Shown here: piece after piece, positions 9,374 to 19,027 of the stretch
Numbering within the stretch: the first letter of the stretch is position 1
Layout: each line of letters opens with the position of its first letter
NCBI GenBank assembly: GCA_043798935.1
Contig: JAZDOC010000019.1
Location: 74,322-138,321, forward strand
Length of the DNA: 64,000 nt
Direction of reading: 5' to 3'
From: Patescibacteria group bacterium
GTDB taxonomy: Bacteria > Patescibacteriota > Patescibacteriia > UBA9570 > JAHJKD01
The notes under the pieces: generated by a model
The model's database searches: none
What the model was told of the DNA's origin: nothing
What the model saw: only the letters and a program-made list of their open reading frames with translations
Position numbers and translations under genes: made by a program

Positions 9374-10489
9374 GTGAATATAAAAATTTTTTTATTACGC
9401 ATTGTTAATAATCGAAATTATCAATTAGGAATAATGGCTGTGCTTTTAGTACTCGGTGCTATTTTAGTATGGCTGGGAGTTTTCTATAGTATTAACAATC
9501 AACCTCAAATTCCACAGCCAGAAATAGCCAAAATTAATACCAATACTAATAAGCATATTGTTCCCAAAAAATATTATCGTCTAACAGATGGCGTAGAAAC
9601 TGATAAAAACAAAACTAATCGTTTTCCTTTAGCTGTTATGATAGAAAATTTAGCCAGTAGCGAAGTTCGTCCACAATCTGGCTTAAATGATGCTGAAATT
9701 GTTTATGAAGTTATTGTTGAAGGTGGTATTACCAGATTTTTAGCAATTTATTCATCTGAAACCGAAATAAAAAAAATCGGGCCAGTGCGTAGTGCAAGAA
9801 ACACATTTTTAGAATTTGTTTCCGAATATGACGCTCTATATATACATGCCGGAGGCAGTCCAAACGCACTTCAAGCCATTGATGGTTTAAAAATCAATGA
9901 TTGTTCAGGCTTATCATCTGATGGACGTTTTTATTGGCGTGATCAACAATTTTTTGCACCTCATAATTTATTTACTTCTTCACAATTACTCACATACGCA
10001 TTACGCGATAAAAATTTACTTTCTTTAAACAGCAACTTCACTAGCTGGCAATTCAAAAATGATGAAGATGAAAATTCAAAAATTGAAAATTCAAAATTAA
10101 TCAACAACATTGAAATTGATTTTTCTGAACCTAATTATGCCGTAAAATGGGAATATAATCCTAAAAAAAATAATTATTTACGTTTAAATGGTGGTCAAAA
10201 ACATACTGATGCTCTAACCGGCAAACAACTAACTGCAAAAAATGTTATTATCGAAATTGTACCGCCGGCAACTTCAATTGACGATGAAGGACGCGTTGAT
10301 TTTTCTGTAACCGGCAGTGGTCCAGCTATCATTTTTCAAGATGGTAAAAAAATCAGTGGTACTTGGGAAAAATCATCACGCACTGAACGGACTCTTTATT
10401 TTAATGAATCCCACAAAGAAATTGAATTTAACCGCGGAAAAATTTGGATAGAAATATTACCAGCTGATCGTAGTTATACAACAAGTTAA
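9374..10489 (+). CDS. DUF3048-like (YerB family) membrane-anchored protein, tandem paralog 2
   Basis: 371 aa. GTG start preceded by a strong SD (GGGGAGG at 9358-9364). Same conserved blocks as paralog 1 (NRFPLAVMIENLASSEVRPQSGLNDAEIVYEVIVEGGITRFLAIY ... APHNLFTSSQLL). Confidence 0.55.
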   Translation: MNIKIFLLRIVNNRNYQLGIMAVLLVLGAILVWLGVFYSINNQPQIPQPEIAKINTNTNKHIVPKKYYRLTDGVETDKNKTNRFPLAVMIENLASSEVRPQSGLNDAEIVYEVIVEGGITRFLAIYSSETEIKKIGPVRSARNTFLEFVSEYDALYIHAGGSPNALQAIDGLKINDCSGLSSDGRFYWRDQQFFAPHNLFTSSQLLTYALRDKNLLSLNSNFTSWQFKNDEDENSKIENSKLINNIEIDFSEPNYAVKWEYNPKKNNYLRLNGGQKHTDALTGKQLTAKNVIIEIVPPATSIDDEGRVDFSVTGSGPAIIFQDGKKISGTWEKSSRTERTLYFNESHKEIEFNRGKIWIEILPADRSYTTS

Positions 10490-10501
10490 TGTTTTTTAAT
10501 T

Positions 10502-13500
10502 ATGATTAAATTGAAAATCGATAAAATTTTTCAATTTGTATTGTTTATTGGACTATTTTTCTTTCCTTTAATTATTCAAGCTGAAAATATAAACAATATT
10601 CGAGATAAACTTGTTTACACCGATGGTCAGATTTTAATAAAATTTAAAAATTCCAGAATTCCATTAACCAGTAAAAAAGGATTGGCGCGTTTTAAAACGC
10701 TAATCAAAGTCAATAAACTAAATCCAATTAAATTATTACCAAAAAAAAATATTGCTCTTATTAAATCATTAGATAAAAATACTGAACAATTAATTAATGA
10801 GCTTAAAGATAATTCCAATATTCAATCAGTTCAACCGAACTATATTTACCACATTGAATCTCAAACCTCTCCTTGGGGAATAGGCTCCGATGGCACAAAT
10901 GCCACCTTGGCTAAAAGCACTAATCATGTAAGCGGTGCTGGTATTATTGTTGCCGTAATCGATACGGGTGTGAATTATAATCACGAAGATCTGGATCAAA
11001 ATATGTGGATCCCAGCCACAGGCAAATGTTTAATTAGTAGTGCGCTTATATCGTGTCCAAATCACGGCTGGGATTTCATTGATTCAAGCGATAATGATCC
11101 ATTCGATGATAACGGACATGGCACTCATGTAGCCGGAACCATTGCCGCCGAAGATAATGACCTTGGAGTGATTGGTGTAGCTCCTGATGCCCAAATTATG
11201 GCTCTAAAGGCTTTAGATGAAAACGGCTCGGGCTCGTCATCGGATATTATTGAAAGTATAAATTTCGCAGTTGATAATGGAGCTAATATAATAAATTTAA
11301 GTATTGGTGGTTATGAATACGCTTCTCTGGAAAACCAAGCCATAAGTGATGCTTGGGAAGCCGGTATTACAGTGGTTTCAGCGGCCGGTAACGATTCGGA
11401 AAATATCCCTTCATTTCCGGCAGCTTTTGAAAAATCCATTGCTGTTGGAGCTGTTATCGAAAATCAGACGGATAATAACCCGAGTGAAAACATGGATACT
11501 AAATTAGCCTATTTTTCCAATTATGGTTTTAACGATGTAGTTGCACCCGGACTTAAAATATTAAGCACTTTAAACGACGGAACGTATGGATATTATTCTG
11601 GAACATCCATGGCAACACCGCATATTAGCGGCGTCGTCGCGCTTATTAAGGAAGCTCATCCAAGCTTTACCCCCGATCAAATCAAAACAGTTTTAAAAGC
11701 TACAGCTACAGATTTAGGACAAACAGGCAGTGACCGCTATTTCGGTTCTGGTTTAGCCGATGCTTTATCAGCTACTGCATCTACGATTAGTAACCACATT
11801 ATATTAACCGCTGACTTTTCTGAAATTAATGAAGAAACTGGAGAAACCACTTCAAACACAAGCTCCATAGTAGCTGATGGTTTATCTACAACTAAAATTC
11901 GTGCAATTATTATTGATGAAAATGGAAATTTTGTTAATAATCAAACATTATCATTATCGGTTGATAATGGTTCTCTAAGTGCTTATTCAATTATAACCGA
12001 TGAGATTGGACAAGCTGAATTTACTTATACCTCTTCAACGCAATCTGGCGTAGCTACTGTATGGGTTGATGCCGGATCATACGGAACAAGCAGATTAAAA
12101 ATTACTCTAGCCAATATATTACTCGTATCTGATAGTGTTGAATATTACTATAATAATAATTTTTCCTGGTACTATGAAACCATGCTTAAAAATGCACAAG
12201 TTAAGTACTCACGCTGGGATACGGCTAATGGCGATAATGAAGATTTTCCAACACTCGATTATTTAGAGAAGTTTGATCTGGTAATTTGGTACACCGGCGA
12301 TCATTATATAGAAGAATACCCGCAAAATATTTTAATTTCATATTTAGAAAATAATGGGAAATTACTATTAACCGGTCCGGATCAGCTTTATCAAGGAAAA
12401 GACATAACAACATTGTATACTTTATTAAAGGCTCAATATGCCGGCGATTTTGCTAGCGACTTTTCTGAAATTAATGGAGTAAATCTTTTAGTAAATGAAA
12501 ATTATTTTCTGGGCTTAATTGATGATTATAATTTTTTTCCTGATTATATAAACATTCTTGACAGTGGAGAAGAAATTGCAACTTATAAAAGCGGAGAGAG
12601 TGCCGGTGTAATTTATGATGGCAACTACAAAACAATGTTCTTACCATTTGGAATCGAGTCTATTTATTATAGTGTTGATCGAGATTCTTTATGGTCTAAA
12701 ATATCTGCGTTTTTTATGCCAATTACCGGTTTAGTGTTAAATTCTAATAATCAAAATTCAGTTGAAATAAGCTGGGACCAATATAGTGATCAAGAAGTAT
12801 CAACATATTTAGTCAGCTACGGTACAGATTCTCTGGCCGAAAATCTAGGTGAATTAGAAAGTAATGAAACTTCGATAACTCTAAACAATCTTGAGGCTGA
12901 TACTGCTTATTATGTAAAAGTATCGGCAAATTTAGAAAGCGGAACTAACACTGGATATTCAAGCATTCTAAATTTTACCACTCGGCCGAATGCTCCCACT
13001 AATTTAAAAGTTGATTCCCGCCAAGTTAAAAATATAACTTTAAAATGGACTGCGCCGTCTGATAATATTTCATCGTATATAATCAGTTATGGTACGAATG
13101 TCGGTGCTGATAATATTAAAACCGTTACCTCAACAACCACCAGCAAAAAAATTTCGTCTTTAAAAAGTAATTTGGCATATTATTTTAAAATATCGTCTCT
13201 GCAAGACGAATTTACGACTGATTACAGTATTGTTAAAAAAATTCGAACTCTGCCGGCCAAAGTTAATAGTAAAAAAATTAAAATTAAAAAGAGAGAAACT
13301 AATCAAATAAAAATAAAATGGGAACCAGTAAGAGGCAAAAATTTACAATATGTGATAAGATTAATGACAGCTAAAGGAAAAAAGATTAAAATAATTAGAA
13401 CCACAAAACACACAAAATTAATCACCGGTCTTAAATCCAATAAATCATATAAAATTAAAATTCGAGCCAAGCATAAAACTAGCGGCTTACTAGGTAAATA

Positions 13501-13531
13501 TTCTAAAATAAAAAAAATTAAAACAATATAA
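10502..13531 (+). CDS. secreted S8 subtilisin-like serine protease with three C-terminal fibronectin type III domains
   Basis: 1009 aa with a signal peptide. Catalytic triad blocks in D-H-S order (VAVIDTGV; HGTHVAGTIAA; GTSMATPHISG). Three ~90-aa Fn3-like repeats follow; the last is extremely Lys-rich. Confidence 0.85.
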   Translation: MIKLKIDKIFQFVLFIGLFFFPLIIQAENINNIRDKLVYTDGQILIKFKNSRIPLTSKKGLARFKTLIKVNKLNPIKLLPKKNIALIKSLDKNTEQLINELKDNSNIQSVQPNYIYHIESQTSPWGIGSDGTNATLAKSTNHVSGAGIIVAVIDTGVNYNHEDLDQNMWIPATGKCLISSALISCPNHGWDFIDSSDNDPFDDNGHGTHVAGTIAAEDNDLGVIGVAPDAQIMALKALDENGSGSSSDIIESINFAVDNGANIINLSIGGYEYASLENQAISDAWEAGITVVSAAGNDSENIPSFPAAFEKSIAVGAVIENQTDNNPSENMDTKLAYFSNYGFNDVVAPGLKILSTLNDGTYGYYSGTSMATPHISGVVALIKEAHPSFTPDQIKTVLKATATDLGQTGSDRYFGSGLADALSATASTISNHIILTADFSEINEETGETTSNTSSIVADGLSTTKIRAIIIDENGNFVNNQTLSLSVDNGSLSAYSIITDEIGQAEFTYTSSTQSGVATVWVDAGSYGTSRLKITLANILLVSDSVEYYYNNNFSWYYETMLKNAQVKYSRWDTANGDNEDFPTLDYLEKFDLVIWYTGDHYIEEYPQNILISYLENNGKLLLTGPDQLYQGKDITTLYTLLKAQYAGDFASDFSEINGVNLLVNENYFLGLIDDYNFFPDYINILDSGEEIATYKSGESAGVIYDGNYKTMFLPFGIESIYYSVDRDSLWSKISAFFMPITGLVLNSNNQNSVEISWDQYSDQEVSTYLVSYGTDSLAENLGELESNETSITLNNLEADTAYYVKVSANLESGTNTGYSSILNFTTRPNAPTNLKVDSRQVKNITLKWTAPSDNISSYIISYGTNVGADNIKTVTSTTTSKKISSLKSNLAYYFKISSLQDEFTTDYSIVKKIRTLPAKVNSKKIKIKKRETNQIKIKWEPVRGKNLQYVIRLMTAKGKKIKIIRTTKHTKLITGLKSNKSYKIKIRAKHKTSGLLGKYSKIKKIKTI

Positions 13532-13533
13532 GT

Positions 13534-14454
13534 ATGGCCATAAAAATTATTAAATTCAACAATTTAAGATGGATTAATATCGATAATTTTGATGATGTGG
13601 CGGCAAAATTTTTGAAAAATAATTTTAAATTTCATCATCTGGATATCCAAGATTGTGCCCAAGATAACCCTCATCCTAAAGTTGATATGTATAAAAAATA
13701 TTTATTTGCCGTGTTTAATTTTCCAGAACTCGGCGCCGATAATATACGTATTGATTCTAATGAACTCGATGTTTTCATCGGTGAAAATTTTTTAGTCACG
13801 ATTCAAAAGAAAAAATTCAAATTTTTAAAAACTATATTTTACCGATGTGTCCGGAGCTCTAATATTAAAGAAGAATTTTTCAATTCATCTTCAGGTTTTT
13901 TATTGTATAAAATATTACATAATCTATATGGATCAACCACGGCCATAAATAATTATTTTAGTACGCAAATATCTGAACTGGAAAAAACTATTTATGATAA
14001 ATATCCCGAGAATACCACGGTTACTAAATTAGCCGGCGTGAGGCGAGATATATTAAAAGCCATCAGTATTTTAGAACCGCAACGTTATACCATAAATACT
14101 TTAGTCCATGCTCGCCAAAATTTTCTTCCCGAAGAGTTAAATATATATTTTGATGATGTTCATGATTTAATAGAAAGCGTGTGGATCATTCTAAAAAATT
14201 ATGATGACATTATTTCCGGTTTGCAGACCACGACTGAATCATTAATATCAAATAAAACTAATGAAGTGGTTAAAATTCTAACCACAATTTCTGTAGCTTT
14301 AATGCCTCTTACGCTATTATCAGGAATATACGGTATGAATATCGATTTATTGCCCGGAGCCCATAAACCATTGTTTGTTTGGCTAATTTTTATCGTTTTA
14401 TCAACTATTACTCTTTCTACTTTATTATATTTAAGAAAAAAGAATTGGCTTTGA
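13534..14454 (+). CDS. corA: CorA-family Mg2+/Co2+ transporter
   Basis: 306 aa. Two C-terminal TM helices with the signature YGMN motif (LSGIYGMNIDLLPG). Start is 3 nt after the protease stop. Confidence 0.85.
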   Translation: MAIKIIKFNNLRWINIDNFDDVAAKFLKNNFKFHHLDIQDCAQDNPHPKVDMYKKYLFAVFNFPELGADNIRIDSNELDVFIGENFLVTIQKKKFKFLKTIFYRCVRSSNIKEEFFNSSSGFLLYKILHNLYGSTTAINNYFSTQISELEKTIYDKYPENTTVTKLAGVRRDILKAISILEPQRYTINTLVHARQNFLPEELNIYFDDVHDLIESVWIILKNYDDIISGLQTTTESLISNKTNEVVKILTTISVALMPLTLLSGIYGMNIDLLPGAHKPLFVWLIFIVLSTITLSTLLYLRKKNWL

Positions 14455-14469
14455 TTTTTTTAAATTTTC

Positions 14470-14478
14470 TGCTAAAAT
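14470..14478 (+). promoter_or_regulatory. extended -10 element TG-c-TAAAAT upstream of the lipoprotein gene
   Basis: tTGcTAAAAT at 14469-14478, 34 nt upstream of the ATG at 14512. It is the same TGCTAWAAT word as at 4212, 5138 and 27288. Confidence 0.3.
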
Positions 14479-14511
14479 ATAACAAGTCTAATAAATAATA
14501 TTAATACAATT

Positions 14512-15057
14512 ATGTTCAAAAAAGCTCTATTTTTAACACTAATCATGGTTTTCGTGTTTGTATTGTCGGGTTGTGATTTCAACTCATCTAATGCCAACAA
14601 TAATGAAAACTCCAATAAAACCGCTGTATCTTCTCAGGATGAAGATATAATTGATGATACTGACATCGAAACCGAGGAGCTAACAGCTATGCCCACTGAA
14701 GATGTTTATGGTGAAGATATGACTAGCATTGATCGTTATCCTGAATCAAAAAGAACATATTATGTAAAAGATGATTATGAAACAGATATAACATATATAA
14801 CTTCAGATTCAGAAACAAAAGTGCGAGATTATTTCTTAGATTTACTTAAAAAAGATAGTTGGGAAAATACCGGAGTAGCCACAGATTATTTAGATTTTGA
14901 AAAAGGTGATACTGATAATCCGGAAATGCTAACCATTTATTTTACCCCTTATGAAAACAGCGATTTATTAGAATATGAAATGGTTTATTCACCACCTTTA
15001 ACCGAAGAAGAATTAGCTGATCTTAATGATGAAGATATTGTAGATACTGAAGAATAA
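14512..15057 (+). CDS. acidic lipoprotein (hypothetical)
   Basis: 181 aa. Signal peptide with lipobox (VFVLSGC). The mature part is very D/E-rich. Confidence 0.6.
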   Translation: MFKKALFLTLIMVFVFVLSGCDFNSSNANNNENSNKTAVSSQDEDIIDDTDIETEELTAMPTEDVYGEDMTSIDRYPESKRTYYVKDDYETDITYITSDSETKVRDYFLDLLKKDSWENTGVATDYLDFEKGDTDNPEMLTIYFTPYENSDLLEYEMVYSPPLTEEELADLNDEDIVDTEE

Positions 15058-15065
15058 TATTTAAA

Positions 15066-16217
15066 ATGCGAGAAAAAAGTAATATTCTAGGCGCAGTAGC
15101 AATATTAGTAGGCACTTGTATCGGTGCGGGTATTTTTGGCTTGCCATATGTTATTAGCAAAGTCGGTATCGGTATCGGTGCTGTTTACATGTTTATTATG
15201 GGTATAATTGTAATGTTTACAACTTTAGCTTATGGCGAAGTTGTACTACGTACTAAAGGCACTCATCAATTTCCGCAATATGTAAATATTTATCTTGGTC
15301 CACGTTGGAAGCAAGTAGCTGTAATTTCAATTTTTACGGGTTTTTATGGAGCGTTAATCGCATATTTAACCGAATGCGGTATTTTTCTGCACTCGATATT
15401 TAACCCTTACTTTGGCGGTAATCTGTTAATCTATCAAATGATTTATTTTTTGATTGTTACAATTGCAGTTTGGTTCGGTTTAGGTATCATTGAAAAAATG
15501 GAAAAAGTAATGTTCTTTGCAATAATCATTATTATTTTGTTATTAGTATTTTTTGGAGCACATTACATAGAAATTGATAATTTGCAAACCGTGAATTTCT
15601 CCCAAATATTGATTCCATACGGAGTAATATTATTCGCTTTTACTGCTGCGTCAGCCGTTCCTAACATGAAAGACGTTTTATTAAAAAACAAAAAAGATCT
15701 AAAAAAAAGTATCATTATTGGTTCGTTAATTCCTCTTGTTATATATTTAATTTTCACCATTTTCGTTGTTGGCATTTCCGGATCCAATACGTCGGAAAGT
15801 GCTATTTCTGGTTTAGAGCCATATTTAGGATCATCCATTACATTAGTTGGTGCCATCTTTGGAATTCTTACCATGACAACATCCTTTTTAGCGCTAGGTT
15901 TAGTTTTAAAAGATGTCTATGTTTATGATTTTAAATTAAATAAAACTTTAGCATGTATTTTAGTACTATTGCCGGTACTAATAATTGTAATGGGGAAATT
16001 TTTAACTTTTATTGAAATTATCGGTATATCCGGAGCACTAATTGGCGGGATAAATGGTATTATTATGGTCCACATGTTTAATCGAGCCAAAACCATGAGT
16101 CAAAAAAAACCAGAATATACTATAAATATTCCAGGTTTTTTTATTTATATTATGTATTTAGTGTTTATTGGCGGTATGATTTATGAAATCTATACGGTTC
16201 TAAATAAGTATTTATAG
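15066..16217 (+). CDS. amino-acid permease (APC superfamily, Trp/Tyr-permease-like)
   Basis: 383 aa with about 11 TM helices. N-terminal GxGIFGLPY block typical of aromatic/hydroxy amino acid permeases. Confidence 0.55.
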   Translation: MREKSNILGAVAILVGTCIGAGIFGLPYVISKVGIGIGAVYMFIMGIIVMFTTLAYGEVVLRTKGTHQFPQYVNIYLGPRWKQVAVISIFTGFYGALIAYLTECGIFLHSIFNPYFGGNLLIYQMIYFLIVTIAVWFGLGIIEKMEKVMFFAIIIIILLLVFFGAHYIEIDNLQTVNFSQILIPYGVILFAFTAASAVPNMKDVLLKNKKDLKKSIIIGSLIPLVIYLIFTIFVVGISGSNTSESAISGLEPYLGSSITLVGAIFGILTMTTSFLALGLVLKDVYVYDFKLNKTLACILVLLPVLIIVMGKFLTFIEIIGISGALIGGINGIIMVHMFNRAKTMSQKKPEYTINIPGFFIYIMYLVFIGGMIYEIYTVLNKYL

Positions 16218-16220
16218 TTT

Positions 16221-17705
16221 ATGCATTTATCTGATTACCAAAAGTATCGCATTTTAGAAATTTTACCGGGTTTTACAGTGTGGTTTACGCTGATTGCAGT
16301 TTTTGTTTTGTCATTTATTGAACCATTACTCATGATTTATTTTATTATTGCTTTTGATCTGTATTGGTTGATGCGAGTTTTTTATTTTATTTCTTATTTG
16401 GGTTATTCATGGTATCGCTATCGCAAGGAAGATAAAATAAATTGGTTAAATAAAGTTAAGACTATAAATAACTGGGAAAACATTTATCATTTAATTTTTT
16501 TACCAACATATGGTGATGATGTAAGTATTTTGGAAACAACCTTTGCAGCCTTAGTTAAAAGTGATTATCCATTACAGAAATTTATTATTATTTTAGCCGG
16601 TGAAGAACGCGAAGGCCAAGCTTTCAATAATCGCGCTAAAAAAATTCAGGAAAAATACAGTTCATATTTTTATAAGTTCATAATTACAATCCACCCTAAA
16701 AATCAATTTGGCGAAGTTGCTGGCAAAGGATCAAATATTAATTATGCCGGTCATTTAGCACAAAATTATATTGATAGTTTAAAAATAAAATATGAAAATG
16801 TTATAGTATCCGCATTTGATATCGACACTTGTGTCAGCCGACAATATTTTAGTTATTTAACTTACAAATATTTAACTCACCCAAACCCCACTCATGCCAG
16901 TTATCAACCGCTGGCTTTATACAACAATAATGTTTGGGAATCACCTTCATTTACAAGAGTAGTTGCAAACTCAACAACTTTTTGGTTAATGACCGATCTT
17001 GCTCGACCCGAACGTTTATTTACTTTTTCTTCCCATAGCATGAGCTTTAAAACATTAGTTGATGTTGGTTTTTGGCAGAACGATATCGTAACCGAAGATT
17101 CCAGAATATTTTTACAATGTTTTATCCATTATGACGGTGATTATCAAACCGTGCCCATGTTTGTAACCGTTTCAATGGATACAGCCTATAGCGGTGATTT
17201 ATGGGGTACAATAAAAAATCAATACAAACAAATTCGACGCTGGGCGTGGGGAGTGGAGCATTTTCCGTTTATGTTCTGGCATTTTATTAAAGCCAAAAAA
17301 ATACCGTGGTCTAAAAAAATGAAATACATGTTTAATTTAACTGAAGGAATGTATTCGTGGGCGACTGCACCACTTTTAATTTTAATTCTAGGTCGATTGC
17401 CTTTATGGGTTTCAGCTCAGCAAGAAAAATCCGGCATCATTACGCAAACAGCGCCTCACATATTACAATGGTTAATGACAGCTGCTATGCTAGGAATTTT
17501 AGCATCGGCTATTATGAATGTTTACTTTCTTCCTAAACCGCCAAAAAAATATAAAAGCTATAAAATTTTAATCATGCTTTTACAATGGATATTACTACCA
17601 ATCACTATAATTATTTTTGGTTCCATACCAGCGATTGATGCTCAAACACGCCTTATGTTAGGCAAATATTTAGGCTTTTATACTACTAAAAAACTTAGGA
17701 AGTGA
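16221..17705 (+). CDS. processive family-2 glycosyltransferase (cellulose/chitin-synthase-like beta-glycan synthase)
   Basis: 494 aa. N- and C-terminal TM bundles flank a GT2 domain carrying DxD (FDIDT), TED (VTEDSRIF) and Q(I)RRW (QIRRWAWG) motifs. Confidence 0.7.
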   Translation: MHLSDYQKYRILEILPGFTVWFTLIAVFVLSFIEPLLMIYFIIAFDLYWLMRVFYFISYLGYSWYRYRKEDKINWLNKVKTINNWENIYHLIFLPTYGDDVSILETTFAALVKSDYPLQKFIIILAGEEREGQAFNNRAKKIQEKYSSYFYKFIITIHPKNQFGEVAGKGSNINYAGHLAQNYIDSLKIKYENVIVSAFDIDTCVSRQYFSYLTYKYLTHPNPTHASYQPLALYNNNVWESPSFTRVVANSTTFWLMTDLARPERLFTFSSHSMSFKTLVDVGFWQNDIVTEDSRIFLQCFIHYDGDYQTVPMFVTVSMDTAYSGDLWGTIKNQYKQIRRWAWGVEHFPFMFWHFIKAKKIPWSKKMKYMFNLTEGMYSWATAPLLILILGRLPLWVSAQQEKSGIITQTAPHILQWLMTAAMLGILASAIMNVYFLPKPPKKYKSYKILIMLLQWILLPITIIIFGSIPAIDAQTRLMLGKYLGFYTTKKLRK

Positions 17706-18539
17706 TTTCTCATACCCACATTTAAAATCATCCCAAGACATTTCCTTTTTACCCTCAGGTTGAATAATGTCTATTTTTAAAATATTATTTTGAATATGCG
17801 CTTTTTTTATTTTGAAACGTTTGTCATTGTATATAAAATATATACCAGGCCATTCTTTGTAAGCTCTTAATTTATTTATAATTGAAACTGACTTATCGTT
17901 GAATAAATCAATGCGGCCATCTTGTTTCTTTATTATTTTACATATAGAAGCATCTTTTTGGTTTTGTGGTTTTGGCAAAATTTTGCGTTCACAATATAGC
18001 TCAATATTATCTAATAATATTTTTACTCCCATTTCAGCTAATTGCTGATGCAAAGAAGTGTAGTTGTCATCAGCCGATATATTGATCTTTTTTTGTGAAA
18101 TAATCGGACCGGCGTCCATTTTTTTATCGAGAAGCATTAAAGATACACCAGTTTCAAAATCATCATTCGCTAAAGCGCTCTGAATAGGGGACGGACCGCG
18201 GTATTTGGGTAATAATGATGGGTGAATATTTAATATACCAAATGGAAATAAATTTAAAATATCTGATTTTAAAATTTGTCCATAAGAAACCAAGATACCT
18301 AAATCTGCCTGATAATCTCTAAAATCACTAATTTTAAGTTTAGATGGTTGAATTAATGACAGATTATTATTTATTGCTATATTCTTTATAGGTGAGGCAA
18401 CTAATTCTTGTTTCCGTCCCTGTGGTTTATCGGGCTGAGTTACAACTAAACAAATATCGGCATTATTATTTATTAATGCTTCTAAAAAGGGAACTGCAAA
18501 TTCAGACGTTCCAAAAAAAATAATTTTTTTATTTATCAT
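17670..18539 (-). CDS. fmt: methionyl-tRNA formyltransferase
   Basis: Formyl-transferase N- and C-domains (IIFFGTSEFAVPFLEAL...; ILNIHPSLLPKYRGPSPIQSAL). Start moved to MINKKIIFFG (Met 18 of the track ORF). Its 3' end overlaps the convergent GT2 gene by 36 nt. Confidence 0.9.
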   Translation of the reverse strand: MINKKIIFFGTSEFAVPFLEALINNNADICLVVTQPDKPQGRKQELVASPIKNIAINNNLSLIQPSKLKISDFRDYQADLGILVSYGQILKSDILNLFPFGILNIHPSLLPKYRGPSPIQSALANDDFETGVSLMLLDKKMDAGPIISQKKINISADDNYTSLHQQLAEMGVKILLDNIELYCERKILPKPQNQKDASICKIIKKQDGRIDLFNDKSVSIINKLRAYKEWPGIYFIYNDKRFKIKKAHIQNNILKIDIIQPEGKKEMSWDDFKCGYEKSLPKFFSSIKA

Positions 18540-18993
18540 TATCTTGAGCTTTATCAATAAAAAGAATTCCGTGTAAATGATCGATCTCATGTTGTAAAAC
18601 CCGTGCTAAAAAACCTTTGGCTTTAATATGAATTTTTTCGCCATTTTTATCTAGTGCTTTAATTCGAATTTTTTCTGCACGTTCTACATTTTTAAAAATA
18701 CCCGGTAAAGATAAGCAGCCTTCCTCCATAACCACAGTTTTTAAACTTAAATCAGTAATACGAGGATTAAATAAAACTAAATGGTCAGATAATTTATCGG
18801 CTTCTTTGCTAATAACGATTAATTGAATATTAGAGCCAACTTGAGGAGCGGCTAAACCAACGCCATCTTTTATAAGCATGGTTTCTGTCATATCCAAAAC
18901 CATTTGCTGATATTTCACAACATCATTTTTATTAACTTTATCTGATATTTTTCGTAAAATCGGATTTGGATTTTTAATTATATCTAATATCAT
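18529..18993 (-). CDS. def: peptide deformylase
   Basis: 154 aa with the three PDF motifs GVGLAAPQVG, EGCLSLPG and HEIDHLHG. Classic def-fmt arrangement. Confidence 0.92.
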   Translation of the reverse strand: MILDIIKNPNPILRKISDKVNKNDVVKYQQMVLDMTETMLIKDGVGLAAPQVGSNIQLIVISKEADKLSDHLVLFNPRITDLSLKTVVMEEGCLSLPGIFKNVERAEKIRIKALDKNGEKIHIKAKGFLARVLQHEIDHLHGILFIDKAQDNDK

Positions 18994-19027
18994 ATTTAAG
19001 TAATTCTATTAAAAATAATTATAAAAG

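Noticed and set aside
17670-18590. Upstream extension of fmt (MRSIIYTEFFLLIKLKIM...)
   Set aside because: The extension overlaps the def 3' end and is not part of the formyltransferase fold. The internal Met at 18539 matches canonical Fmt N-termini.
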